DNA from: Shigella phage ESh17
Reading direction: 5' to 3' (one strand)
Length of the DNA: 64,000 bases
Sequence record: ON528727
A program made the position numbers and the translations under genes. The notes beneath the pieces are model-generated. The model was given only the letters and a program-made list of their open reading frames with translations. It had not been told where the DNA came from and did not search any database. Positions 49,477 through 60,100 of this stretch are shown piece by piece (within the stretch, counting starts at the first letter, position 1; every line of letters starts with the position of its first letter).

Positions 49477-49530
49477 AAAAATTTTCACAAAACGGTTTAC
49501 ATACCACAAGGACTGTGGTACTATACAACT
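49475..49530 (+). promoter_or_regulatory. T4-type early promoter
   Basis: AAAAATTTTCACAAAA upstream element, GTTTAC 49495-49500, GTGGTACTATACAACTATCA core. Confidence 0.6.
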
Positions 49531-49551
49531 ATCAGCTACGGAGGAGTAAAA

Positions 49552-49815
49552 ATGAAATTTAAATTTTATTACGCTAAACATAAAATAACTGATGAGTTTG
49601 TGTCAGTTGAATATTCTAGCGATGATGAAGGTATGATTTATACTCGCTTGGGATTATCGCATTGGGAGTCTGATACGCCTTATTTTTCAACTCCCGAAGA
49701 AATTACACGCTTAGTTAATGGTCATATGAATGACCACTGGTGTGTAATTCTTTCAGATAGTCTTAAAGCGGCTATTAATAGTAATGAAATGAAAATCGCT
49801 GAGATTGAACTATGA
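49552..49815 (+). CDS. hypothetical protein (87 aa)
   Basis: ATG ORF downstream of the early promoter. Confidence 0.45.
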   Translation: MKFKFYYAKHKITDEFVSVEYSSDDEGMIYTRLGLSHWESDTPYFSTPEEITRLVNGHMNDHWCVILSDSLKAAINSNEMKIAEIEL

Positions 49816-49989
49816 GTTCATTGTGGTGGTGGTGTTTTGTTTGGTTAATTAGTATTCCAGTAATTTGTTTAACATTTACTTTTGTGATGAGGTTATTATG
49901 AAAATTTTGAATTCTGTACTTATTGCTTGTGCGTGGTGGGTTGCACAGGTTTCGGCAGTGGTGATTGGTATTCACATTTATTACGAATA

Positions 49990-50040
49990 TTTTTAAAAAA
50001 GTTGTTTACAAGACTGTTCCTCTGCGGTACTATACAACTA
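49990..50040 (+). promoter_or_regulatory. T4-type early promoter (near-identical to the one at 21440-21500)
   Basis: GTTTAC 50004-50009; TACTAT 50029-50034. Confidence 0.6.
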
Positions 50041-50061
50041 TCAACTACGGAGGAACACAAA

Positions 50062-50175
50062 ATGAAAAAGATTGTTAAAGCTATATGGAATGTAGTTATA
50101 ATACTAGTAGTTTTGAGTATATTCCCAATCGTTTTAATGATTGATGTATTAAACGTTTACTTTGGATTTATGTGA
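50062..50175 (+). CDS. small hydrophobic peptide (37 aa)
   Basis: ATG 50062 after GGAGGAACA; the track ORF 49927.. includes promoter sequence as a 5' extension. Confidence 0.4.
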   Translation: MKKIVKAIWNVVIILVVLSIFPIVLMIDVLNVYFGFM

Positions 50176-50182
50176 GGAAAAT

Positions 50183-50380
50183 ATGAAGCGTAAACGCAGT
50201 GCTTTTACATTTATTGAATGGTTTTTCGATAATATTTTTCCGGCTTTATTCATTTTCATGCTGATTTTTGCCTTAGGTTCAGTTGTAGTTGGAATCTATT
50301 TGATGGCGGTAGTCGGAATGGATATTCATCAAAATGGTTTAAAATCCGTAGTTGAAACAATTTGGAATGGTGTAAAATGA
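50183..50380 (+). CDS. small membrane protein (65 aa from ATG 50183)
   Basis: GAGGAAA ribosome-binding site; hydrophobic. Confidence 0.45.
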   Translation: MKRKRSAFTFIEWFFDNIFPALFIFMLIFALGSVVVGIYLMAVVGMDIHQNGLKSVVETIWNGVK

Positions 50381-50495
50381 TGAATTTATTAAACATTTGG
50401 TTTTATATTCTTATGTTTTACATTGGTGCAAATTTCCCATATTGGATGGGATGGTCAACAACTGCGTTTGGATTTTATACTCCTTGAGGTGAATT

Positions 50496-50711
50496 ATGAA
50501 AAGTTTTAAAGATGTAAAAGTTGGTGAAATTTTCTGTTTAGATAACGGTGATCAGTTAATTCGTATTTCACCTCTTAAGAGCACTAGCGAGAAACCGACA
50601 GTTAATGCTACTTTAGCAAATAACAGTAATGAACGTTTCTGTATTGAAAATGATACTGAAACTTATACTGTAGAAGAATTCTGGGAATTGAGCGTCGACT
50701 GCGACGATTAA
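50496..50711 (+). CDS. hypothetical protein (71 aa)
   Basis: GAGGTGAA ribosome-binding site then ATG. Confidence 0.45.
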   Translation: MKSFKDVKVGEIFCLDNGDQLIRISPLKSTSEKPTVNATLANNSNERFCIENDTETYTVEEFWELSVDCDD

Positions 50712-50771
50712 TTTAATGGCCGTATGTATTCATGCGGCCTTGGAGTAGAAAATAATTTAGAGGAAATTAAT

Positions 50772-51230
50772 ATGAAATATATGACTGTTACTGATCTGAA
50801 TAATGCAGGCGCTACTGTTATTGGTACAATCAAGGGCGGTGAGTGGTTTTTGGGAACTCCACATAAAGACATTTTATCTAAACCTGGATTTTACTTTTTA
50901 GTGAGTAAATTAGATGGTCGTCCATTTAGTAATCCATGCGTGTCCGCACGATTTTATGTAGGTAATCAGCGTTCTAAGCAAGGATTCAGTGCGGTTCTAA
51001 GTCATATTCGTCAGCGTCGGTCTCAGCTTGCGCGTACTATTGCAAATAACAATGTTCCATACACAGTATTTTATCTGCCTGCTTCTAAGATGAAACCTCT
51101 GACGACAGGATTTGGTAAAGGTCAGTTAGCTTTGGCATTTACTCGTAATCATCATTCTGAGTATCAAACACTTGAAGAAATGAACCGTATGTTGGCTGAT
51201 AACTTTAAATTTGTTTTGCAGGCATATTAA
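50772..51230 (+). CDS. ndd: nucleoid disruption protein (Ndd-like)
   Basis: 152 aa from ATG 50772; position relative to stp and denB as in T4; identity by position and size only. Confidence 0.5.
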
Positions 51231-51310
51231 TGAGTAATTTCCATAATGAACATGTGATGCAGTTCTATCGTAACAATCTTAAAACCAAAGGCGTCTTCGG
51301 ACGCCAGTGA
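51230..51310 (+). CDS. stp: Stp peptide (26 aa)
   Basis: [26 protein letters not shown]; ATG overlaps the ndd stop; not in the supplied track. Confidence 0.6.
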
Positions 51311-51613
51311 GGAAAATATGAATATCGCAAAATTATTAGGAGTTATTTCATTTATTTGTTGGATAGTAGCATGTGTTTTAACTATCTGTATCGATGCTAG
51401 CAGTGTGTTTTCACAAGCTTTAGCCCAGGGTATGTGTGCATATTTAACATTTGTGTTGTTATCTACTAATGATTAAGAAAATCTTGGGCTATTCATTAGC
51501 CCTTGCTACTTTATTGGTAGCACTATATTACGGAGTAATGTTCGGATTAATTCAAGTCGTGCTTTTCATTTCTGATGTTATTATGGCACTACATTCACTA
51601 GTATGGTAAATTT

Positions 51614-52942
51614 ATGCAACTGAATAATCGCGATTTAAAAAGTATCATTGATAATGAAGCATTGGCTTATGCTATGTACACGGTTGAAAATCGTGCTATC
51701 CCAAATATGATTGATGGATTTAAGCCAGTTCAACGATTTGTTATTGCTCGAGCTCTTGATTTGGCGCGAGGAAATAAAGATAAGTTTCACAAACTTGCTT
51801 CTATTGCAGGTGGTGTAGCAGACCTTGGATATCATCATGGTGAAAACTCTGCGCAAGACGCAGGTGCTTTGATGGCTAACACTTGGAATAATAACTTTCC
51901 TCTGTTAGATGGTCAAGGAAATTTCGGTTCTCGTACCGTTCAAAAAGCAGCAGCAAGTCGTTATATTTTTGCTCGTGTAAGTAAAAATTTCTATAACGTA
52001 TATAAAGATACTGAATATGCTCCGGTACATCAAGATAAAGAACACATTCCGCCTGCTTTCTATTTGCCTATTATTCCTACTGTTCTTCTTAATGGTGTTT
52101 CCGGTATTGCAACTGGTTATGCAACTTACATTCTTCCTCATAGTGTTTCTTCTGTCAAGAAAGCTGTACTACAAGCTCTTCAAGGAAAGAAAGTAACTAA
52201 ACCGAAGGTAGAATTCCCAGAATTTCGTGGTGAAGTCGTTGAGATTGACGGTCAATATGAAATTCGTGGAACATATAAGTTTACTTCACGAACTCAAATG
52301 CATATCACTGAGATTCCGTATAAGTATGATCGTGAAACTTATGTGAGTAAAATCTTAGACCCACTTGAAGATAAAGGCTTCATTACATGGGATGATGCTT
52401 GCGGTGAGCATGGTTTTGGATTCAAAGTTAAATTCCGTAAAGAATATTCTTTGAGCGATAATGAAGAAGAACGCCATGCAAAAATTATGAAAGACTTCGG
52501 GTTGATTGAGCGTCGTTCTCAGAATATTACCGTCATTAATGAGAAAGGAAAGCTGCAAGTTTATGATAACGTAGTCGATTTAATTAAAGACTTTGTTGAA
52601 GTTCGTAAAACTTATGTCCAAAAACGAATTGATAACAAAATTAAAGAAACTGAATCAGCTTTTCGTTTAGCCTTTGCCAAGGCACATTTCATTAAGAAAG
52701 TAATTTCAGGTGAAATTGTTGTACAGGGTAAAACTCGTAAAGAACTGACCGAAGAACTTTCGAAAATCGATATGTATTCTTCTTATGTTGATAAACTAGT
52801 TGGAATGAATATTTTTCATATGACTTCCGACGAAGCAAAGAAACTTGCTGAAGAAGCTAAAGCTAAAAAAGAAGAAAACGAATATTGGAAAACTACTGAT
52901 GTAGTTACCGAATACACCAAAGATTTAGAGGAAATCAAATGA
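51614..52942 (+). CDS. 52: DNA topoisomerase II medium subunit (GyrA-like)
   Basis: 442 aa; sequence and length as T4 gp52. Confidence 0.9.
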   Translation: MQLNNRDLKSIIDNEALAYAMYTVENRAIPNMIDGFKPVQRFVIARALDLARGNKDKFHKLASIAGGVADLGYHHGENSAQDAGALMANTWNNNFPLLDGQGNFGSRTVQKAAASRYIFARVSKNFYNVYKDTEYAPVHQDKEHIPPAFYLPIIPTVLLNGVSGIATGYATYILPHSVSSVKKAVLQALQGKKVTKPKVEFPEFRGEVVEIDGQYEIRGTYKFTSRTQMHITEIPYKYDRETYVSKILDPLEDKGFITWDDACGEHGFGFKVKFRKEYSLSDNEEERHAKIMKDFGLIERRSQNITVINEKGKLQVYDNVVDLIKDFVEVRKTYVQKRIDNKIKETESAFRLAFAKAHFIKKVISGEIVVQGKTRKELTEELSKIDMYSSYVDKLVGMNIFHMTSDEAKKLAEEAKAKKEENEYWKTTDVVTEYTKDLEEIK

Positions 52943-53088
52943 GTCCATTCATTGGTATCACAAGCGCTGCATTAGTATCTGGTAGCATTTTACTGGCGGG
53001 TTTAGGCGTTGTCCCAGCCGTAGCAGGAGGTCTTCTTGCGTTCGGAATTCAACGTGTTATCATGACAGTTATCACAGTCATGCAGTAA
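52939..53088 (+). CDS. small membrane protein (49 aa)
   Basis: ATGA overlap with the gene 52 stop; Gly/Ala-rich hydrophobic; followed by a terminator. Confidence 0.4.
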   Translation: MSPFIGITSAALVSGSILLAGLGVVPAVAGGLLAFGIQRVIMTVITVMQ

Positions 53089-53093
53089 TTTTA

Positions 53094-53120
53094 GGGAGAG
53101 CCGAGGCTCTCCCTTTTTTA
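53094..53120 (+). terminator. rho-independent terminator (GGGAGAGCC-GA-GGCTCTCCC + T6)
   Basis: 9-bp stem then TTTTTT. Confidence 0.75.
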
Positions 53121-53124
53121 TTTT

Positions 53125-53180
53125 AAAAATTTTTCACAAAACGGTTTACAACCAAAGCATACTGTGGTACTATACAACTA
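53125..53180 (+). promoter_or_regulatory. T4-type early promoter
   Basis: GTTTAC 53144-53149; GTGGTACTATACAACTATCAACTAC core. Confidence 0.6.
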
Positions 53181-53214
53181 TCAACTACTGATACAGAATT
53201 ACGGAGATTAGAAA

Positions 53215-53850
53215 ATGTCTAAAGTAACTTACATCATCAAAGCTTCTAACGATGTTCTGAATGAAAAAACTGCTGCGATTTTAATTACCATTGCTAAGAA
53301 AGATTTCATTACAGCTGCAGAAGTTCGTGAGGTGCATCCAGATTTAGGTAACGCAGTAGTTAATAGTAATATTGGGGTATTGATTAAAAAAGGCCTGGTG
53401 GAGAAATCTGGTGATGGATTAATCATTACTGGTGAAGCTCAGGATATTATTTCAAATGCGGCAACTTTATATGCACAGGAAAATGCTCCTGAACTACTGA
53501 AAAAACGAGCGACTCGTAAAGCTCGTGAGATTACTTCCGATATGGAAGAAGATAAAGACTTCATGTTAAATCTTTTAGATGAAAATGGATTTGTTCTTAA
53601 AAAGGTTGAAACTTACCGCAGTAACTATCTTGCTATTTTAGAAAAACGCGCTCACGGAATTCGCAATTTTGAAATTAATAACAACGGAAATATGCGAATT
53701 TTTGGATACAAAATGATGGAACATCATATTCAGAAATTTACTGACATCGGAATGTCATGTAAAATCGCTAAAAACGGTAATGTGTATCTTGACATTAAAC
53801 GCTCAGTAGAAAACATTGAAGCAGTAATCACTGTAGCATCTGAACTGTGA
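53215..53850 (+). CDS. motA: middle-transcription activator MotA
   Basis: 211 aa; sequence recalled as T4 MotA. Confidence 0.9.
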   Translation: MSKVTYIIKASNDVLNEKTAAILITIAKKDFITAAEVREVHPDLGNAVVNSNIGVLIKKGLVEKSGDGLIITGEAQDIISNAATLYAQENAPELLKKRATRKAREITSDMEEDKDFMLNLLDENGFVLKKVETYRSNYLAILEKRAHGIRNFEINNNGNMRIFGYKMMEHHIQKFTDIGMSCKIAKNGNVYLDIKRSVENIEAVITVASEL

Positions 53851-53860
53851 GGAATAAATA

Positions 53861-54190
53861 ATGAACAAGTTAGAAATTGTTAATGAACTTCGTCGTTGCG
53901 CAGAACCTACTCAAGAGGGTTGGGATATTTGGTACCACGGAGCTTATCTTGGAACTATCGTAAAGATTAAGACTGGTAAATACATGATTATTCGTGAAAG
54001 TAAAGATGCTCCAGTAGGTATTCGCAATAATTTTATGGCAGCGATAAGTTCATTTACGGATGCAGCTTACGAAATTTACCTTGCCGATTATAAAGAATTC
54101 CAGGAATCTCAACCAGTTATTCGTTCAATTGGTGTTAACAGAGCTCAACAGAAAACTTTGTGGCAGCGTATTAAAGGATGGTTTAAATGA
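53861..54190 (+). CDS. hypothetical protein (109 aa)
   Basis: ATG ORF. Confidence 0.5.
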   Translation: MNKLEIVNELRRCAEPTQEGWDIWYHGAYLGTIVKIKTGKYMIIRESKDAPVGIRNNFMAAISSFTDAAYEIYLADYKEFQESQPVIRSIGVNRAQQKTLWQRIKGWFK

Positions 54191-54648
54191 ACCCATTTAT
54201 TAATCGTTTAAAAATGCTGAATGTGCCTTTATCTCGTGAGACTCCAGAAAGTCTTGTTGAAAAATTTAAAGCGCATGGTTATAAATGCACAGAAGAAGAT
54301 ATTCTGAAAGAAGTTCCTGAAATCTGTTGGCAGACTGCGTACTGGGATGAAAACCAAAAGTATCAACGACGAATTGTCTGTGCAGCTAATCGTTTTAAAT
54401 TAAAAGATGGACGAACTCTTATTATTCCAGGTGCTCGTCATTATTCTAAAGATATGGCAGAAGTTTTAGATGTAGTTAAACCTCAATTAGTTACTCAACA
54501 AGTTTGTGATGATGACCAAGGGTTTATTGACCAATATAGTAATTATTGGACACGTGAAGAAGCAATGATTATTGCAACTTACGCTGGACAAGTACGTATT
54601 GAACGTGGTGGTAGTGAAAAAGAACTTTATTCTGAGGACCTTTACTAA
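54187..54648 (+). CDS. hypothetical protein (153 aa)
   Basis: ATGA overlap with the upstream ORF. Confidence 0.5.
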   Translation: MNPFINRLKMLNVPLSRETPESLVEKFKAHGYKCTEEDILKEVPEICWQTAYWDENQKYQRRIVCAANRFKLKDGRTLIIPGARHYSKDMAEVLDVVKPQLVTQQVCDDDQGFIDQYSNYWTREEAMIIATYAGQVRIERGGSEKELYSEDLY

Positions 54649-54944
54649 TGAATATTAAACAGTTTCAAATTGATGGAATTATGAATCAAATCCAGGCACT
54701 GGAATATGCCAATAAAATGATGTCAACTAATTGGGGAATTTATACCAATGAGCCGGCATTTCAGTTCTGTAATATTGAATTCACTAAAAAGCTCGTAGGA
54801 AAAGATTATGTATGTCCATTTAGTTCTCCAGTAAATGGAATGTTAAAACCTGCTTTACGCGATCTTTATATTGCGATGAACGAAGAGATGATAAAAGAAT
54901 TAAAACGTCAACTGAAGGTGATTCAATTTGGCCAGGGAAATTAA
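54648..54944 (+). CDS. hypothetical protein (98 aa)
   Basis: ATG overlapping the upstream stop. Confidence 0.5.
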   Translation: MNIKQFQIDGIMNQIQALEYANKMMSTNWGIYTNEPAFQFCNIEFTKKLVGKDYVCPFSSPVNGMLKPALRDLYIAMNEEMIKELKRQLKVIQFGQGN

Positions 54945-55101
54945 TTCAAAATCCGATTATTTTAATTCTCTCAATGATAAAGATAAAAATCTAATACGGC
55001 ATTTTATCGTTGAGATGGGATATACCGATACACGTGATTTAAGAGAACATATATTTGAATGTGGTGTAGCTAAAAGTTTTCATTCACATGCAAATGTTTG
55101 A
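54928..55101 (+). CDS. possible small ORF with TTG start (57 aa)
   Basis: AAGGTG 6 nt upstream of TTG 54928; open frame to 55101; below the track length cutoff. Confidence 0.25.
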   Translation: MAREINSKSDYFNSLNDKDKNLIRHFIVEMGYTDTRDLREHIFECGVAKSFHSHANV

Positions 55102-55228
55102 GAGAGGTAATTCAGCACTATGAACAATTTAGTCGCAAAACATAATTTTAATAAAGCTTCTGTTCATAAGGATAAGAAGAAAGCGTTTAAAGAATCTAAT
55201 CGCAAACAGAAACATAAGGGGAAGGTCT

Positions 55229-55507
55229 ATGATTATTGATTCTCAGTCTGTGGTTCAATACACAATCAAAATTGATATTCTAGAAAAGCTATATAAGTTT
55301 CTACCAAACCTATACCATTCAATTGTTAATGAATTAGTTGAAGAACTACATCTTGAGAATAATGATTTCTTGATTGGAACTTATAAAGACCTCTCAAAAG
55401 CAGGATATTTCTACGTAATTCCAGCTCCAGGAAAAAGTATTGATGATGTATTAAAAACTATAATGATTTACGTCCATGATTATGAAATTGAAGATTATTT
55501 CGAATGA
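55229..55507 (+). CDS. arn: Arn (anti-restriction, McrBC inhibitor)
   Basis: 92 aa; sequence and position upstream of asiA as T4 Arn. Confidence 0.7.
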   Translation: MIIDSQSVVQYTIKIDILEKLYKFLPNLYHSIVNELVEELHLENNDFLIGTYKDLSKAGYFYVIPAPGKSIDDVLKTIMIYVHDYEIEDYFE

Positions 55508-55656
55508 GTCATAATCTTGAAAAAGTAATCGAGCATAATGTAGCTCAGGAACGTAAGTCGTTCAAGGAATTCGTAGAAAAAATTTTTGAAGAAAATAACA
55601 CAGACCAGTTTACAAATCAAGCGTCTGATGATATTATAACAAAGTCAACTAATTGA
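55504..55656 (+). CDS. hypothetical small protein (50 aa)
   Basis: ATGA overlap with the arn stop; not in the supplied track. Confidence 0.3.
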   Translation: MSHNLEKVIEHNVAQERKSFKEFVEKIFEENNTDQFTNQASDDIITKSTN

Positions 55657-55668
55657 GTGGTATAGTTA

Positions 55669-55941
55669 ATGAATAAAAACATTGATACAGTTCGTGAAAT
55701 TATTACCGTTGCGTCTATTTTGATTAAATTTTCCAGAGAAGATATTGTTGAGAATCGTGCTAATTTTATTGCATTTCTGAATGAGATTGGAGTAACGCAT
55801 GAAGGTAGAAAATTAAATCAGAATTCATTCCGTAAAATTGTTTCTGAATTAACTCAAGAAGATAAGAAAATCCTCATCGACGAATTCAACGAGGGTTTTG
55901 AGGGTGTATATCGATATCTAGAGATGTATACGAACAAATAA
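55669..55941 (+). CDS. asiA: anti-sigma-70 factor AsiA
   Basis: 90 aa; sequence recalled as T4 AsiA. Confidence 0.9.
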   Translation: MNKNIDTVREIITVASILIKFSREDIVENRANFIAFLNEIGVTHEGRKLNQNSFRKIVSELTQEDKKILIDEFNEGFEGVYRYLEMYTNK

Positions 55942-56598
55942 TTATTTAGCCCTTCCTAATATTCTGGCCGCCTGAGCGCATATTGATTCAAGGCGGTCAT
56001 TACTTATATGATCATTTCTATACCAGTACATGGTTATCGTTCCAGCATAGATATTATCCAAATTAAAATATGGACAACTGTACATGTAGTTTATTTCGGG
56101 AGTAGGCTTTTTAGTTGGTAAAAAAGCAAATTTTGAGTCAGAATAATAATGACGTCCATTTAAATGAACTATATATTCATCCATAGTTTTATCAACAGGA
56201 TATCCTCCAAGTGATTTTTCAGTTATTGTTGAAGGTAATCTTCCTTCGTATGCTATAATATCAACAAAATAGTTTAAGTTTTTAGGGCGGAAAGAATACA
56301 CCGCACTAAAGTCTGCCTCAGATGATATATGAACTATCTGGAGTTGTTCCAGGGCGACAGATTCAAAGCGTGCATTTCTTTCCTTTTCAATAATTTCACT
56401 GTATGTTTCATACTTTGATTGCTTATAGTACTCAAAGAAACTATCTCCCCTATACCAAACAATCGCCATCATAAATAAAAGAATTACGACAGCTACCCGG
56501 GAAGCAAGAACTTTCCCGGTAGCGTTATCTTTGAACAAGCGATCTAGAACACCAAACAGAATATCAGAGGGCGAAAATGATATTCTAGGTGCTGCCAT
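55942..56598 (-). CDS. t: holin T
   Basis: 218 aa; one N-terminal transmembrane segment and a large C-terminal domain; convergent with asiA. Confidence 0.88.
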   Translation of the reverse strand: MAAPRISFSPSDILFGVLDRLFKDNATGKVLASRVAVVILLFMMAIVWYRGDSFFEYYKQSKYETYSEIIEKERNARFESVALEQLQIVHISSEADFSAVYSFRPKNLNYFVDIIAYEGRLPSTITEKSLGGYPVDKTMDEYIVHLNGRHYYSDSKFAFLPTKKPTPEINYMYSCPYFNLDNIYAGTITMYWYRNDHISNDRLESICAQAARILGRAK

Positions 56599-56615
56599 AG
56601 ACCCTCCTTTTAAGA

Positions 56616-56623
56616 TATTTATA
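56616..56623 (-). promoter_or_regulatory. late promoter (TATAAATA) for t
   Basis: Plus-strand TATTTATA immediately upstream of the t start on the minus strand. Confidence 0.55.
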
Positions 56624-57170
56624 CGTAATGCTTGAATAAACGCTTATACCAAGGTTTCCGTTCTTTTTCAGGCCATGAAGGGAATTCACCACCTAAATGC
56701 TCATGCTTTTCTAAAAGAGCAAAGAACCGCTTAAGGTTTTTATAATAGAATTTTTCCTTTTTATTCGCGACAGAAGCTTCAATCATATTATTTAAAACTT
56801 GGAATTCTTTGTATAATTCTTCAATTTTTCTATTGCGAATTAAAACGCGTTTATATGTTTCGTCTTCTTTCCAACCGTCATCAGTCCATATATCAAATTC
56901 GCCGGGCTCATCAAAGGTTATACCAACCGGGCTTCCAATGTCACTTATAAAAATTTCTTCTTTATTAAAAGTCCATGCTCGTTTGCCGCGATGGTCTTCT
57001 TCATAAATCCAATCTTGAGTACGTTCATCAAATACAACTGCGTATCCTTCTTTAGGTTCTAAAGGTTTTTTAATTGTTGAATGAGCAGGAAGACCGAGTC
57101 CTTTAACCGGTTTGTAATTTTCTTCTTTGTAAAATTCTTTAGTGTCAAAATAATAATGATATATTTTCAT
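56619..57170 (-). CDS. 38: gp38 (T4-type tail-fibre assembly chaperone)
   Basis: 183 aa; sequence recalled as T4 gp38 (short chaperone type, not the long adhesin type). Confidence 0.85.
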   Translation of the reverse strand: MKIYHYYFDTKEFYKEENYKPVKGLGLPAHSTIKKPLEPKEGYAVVFDERTQDWIYEEDHRGKRAWTFNKEEIFISDIGSPVGITFDEPGEFDIWTDDGWKEDETYKRVLIRNRKIEELYKEFQVLNNMIEASVANKKEKFYYKNLKRFFALLEKHEHLGGEFPSWPEKERKPWYKRLFKHYV

Positions 57171-57197
57171 ATTCAGAAGGGGCCGAAGCCCCTCTCC
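57171..57197 (-). promoter_or_regulatory. structured translation-initiation region of gene 38 (hairpin between ribosome-binding site and AUG)
   Basis: Minus strand reads AAGGAG - A - GGGGC-TTCG-GCCCC - TTCTGAAT - ATG. Confidence 0.6.
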
Positions 57198-60100
57198 TTA
57201 TGCTAAACGAACGATATAGTTAAAAGCGATGTTTTTAACCGTGTTTTCTGTATTACCTGTACTATTTACAGTGATAGTATGACCATGCGAGCCAATTGCT
57301 ACCGTGTGGGTATGAGCACCGATACCTACAGTATGGGTATGAGCACCAATACCTACTGTGTGAGCATGGTTACCTGTAGTGCTTGTAGTACCAGACCAAG
57401 TATGGGTATGAGCACCGTCTGAAGAAGTTTTGGCTATATTCGACCCTGCAGTAGCACCGCTCACAGATCCGGTGATTTTAGCGTTGGCGTTTGCACCTAC
57501 ACTATTATATCCGTCATAGAATATGTTATTGGGTATGCCGGCTTGTAACTGAGGACCTGAGCGCGCATGTTGGTGTGCACCAGCAGAACTCGTAGTACCG
57601 CTTACAGTATGAGAGTGGTTACCTGTGGTATTGCTAGTCTTAGTGCCATAGTCAAAGCTACTTGTCGTCTTAGTACCATAATCAAAACTCGACGTAGTTT
57701 TAGTACCCAAGTCAGTACTTGAAGCCGATGCACTATGGCTATGAGCCTTAACACCATCGGCTTCTGCGCTTAATACAGCTCGACCACTTGGTTTACCTTT
57801 AATAGTTTGCCCGCGCATATCTGGAATTACGCCAGATGGGTAAGCCATAGCCAATTTTGGGTATGCAGACTTATCAAAAGTCTGGCCTTCCATAATAGCG
57901 TAACCGTCAGGAGGAGTATCCGTTGGCCATGGAATAGGAGCACCGATTGGGTAACTCGATACAATATCGGTTTTAAGTGATTCAATTGTACTGTTTAAAT
58001 TAGCAAAATTGCCAGAACCACCTGTAATATTGCCGTCTGTACCTAAATAAACTGAACCCCCAGCAGAAACACGCTTAGGAGATATAAAATCACCATTTTT
58101 GGTAAATTCCCAACCTAAATCCTTTATAATAGCGCCAGTCGAACCGCCATCGCCGCCTTCATGATAATGAACTCTGAAGTTACCGCCGTTAATTAGAGTT
58201 CCCAGAGAATAACAACTGTTTCCTTGGACATATCGCTGTTTCAAAATAGGAACGTAAGTACTTGTATCTGTGCGATTAATATTCATATAGAATGGAGCAC
58301 GAACGTTTTCATTATTTTGTGAAGCAAAAGACCCTGCACCAGCCGGGCGAACTGTGTCAGTACATTCAGCATCAATATAAGCTGCTTGTCCTACCTGCAT
58401 ACGGTAATTAGGAGAAATGCGACTATTACTAGTAACAACAACAAGTTTGGTATCGTTGTCCACAGTAATCATATTACCGCCAGCGCCATCATCGCCTAAC
58501 GTAACAGAATGGCGCATTTGTACCATACCATTATTAAGACTAATACTAAGTGGGCGGAGATTACTTATTCCACCACTTTCACCGGCATCTTTAGGAGTCG
58601 GGATAATATGTAATGCTGTTTCTGAGCGACGGAAAATAGCACCGTATTCGGCATTCCAAATTCTTAATGCATCAGCAGTTCCACCGAATTTAGCTTGTCC
58701 GTTTACTGACATGCCATTATTAACACTCAAAGAAGATTCGGTTGTAATAGAACCAGAAGCAACAATACTACCTGAAGTTAATAAACCACCATTAACTCGG
58801 AGTTGAATAGGCCCGACAGTCGAACCAGGCGCAGGAGCTACACGTTGAGAATAAAAATGGTAACCTTGCCCATCACCTACCTCAAAAACTGTTTCACGGG
58901 AACGATCGCCAGATGCGTTAAATGAATTACCCCACGCTTTAACAGTTACATAGCTTTTATTCTGCCCAGCACGAGTACCGCCTTCCCACAAAATTTGCTT
59001 AGTACCATCAATTGTAGTAGTTGGAGCGAATGTTAGCCCAGCAGTAGAATTATTAGCTGCTAAATATATGCCATTATATATTGAAAGCTGCTTAACAGAT
59101 GTAATACCGCCATCAGCATAAAACATTACATTATTAGAGCCAGTTACCAATTTCAAAATACCCGGATTAACTTCCATACCTTTCCGAGTATTAATATTAG
59201 TTTTGCCTTTACCACGGAAATAGTGGTTCATTTTTCCGCCTGAGTTATAGCCAATATGCGTCTGGCCGTCTCCAGCAGCGTTTTCATCAGCCTGTGTTTG
59301 AACTGATAAAAATGCAGCGTTCGTTCCAGGCATAATCCATGTGGTGCCTTGGTCTTCTGAACGTCCAAATAATGCTTTACGAGTACTACGGAAACTGTCA
59401 GGAGTAATAGATGCAACAGACAATCCGGAACCAACTAAATCATAAACACCGGTTTTTTGATAGCGTAAACCAGTCCCGTTATCACCTAGAGCCAAATAAG
59501 CACCGAATCCTAATGCGCCACCATTACCATAATCGCTCGATGGAAAATCAGTAGTCATAGTGCCTAATGCAAGACTATTGCGGACAATCATCCGACCGTC
59601 ATTACGAATACCAAATTGTTTTGAAATAGGAGTAGAACCGGTCCACCAAGACATTTCATCAGCTTGGCCTGATTGAGCAGTACAAAGCTCATGCCATATG
59701 GTACCGCCTGATTTAGCGCGAACTTTACGAAGATAGTTTACTCCGTTAGTTTCACCGGTGCCTGGGTATACGTAGTTAACTAATGAATCCGTATCATATA
59801 CACCAAAGGCTTTGCCACCGTGAATAACTGTATCAGCTGCAATGCGTTTTGTTACTAACGAATCTGATGCTAAAATACGATTGGCTTGAAATTCACCGCC
59901 GTTTATAGAACGGAAATAGAATTCGCTATTAATGGTGCTTCCTGTTCCTTGTCTAACCCTAAGGCGTATTTCACCGTCAGTTGTAGTTTGAGGACGAGCA
60001 TATATAACGCCTCGTTCAGTGCCATCGGCATTTTCAAACCATAAATGGGCATTTGAGGCATCATTTGATGCTCTTGTATAAAACGAACCTTGCAATGCTC

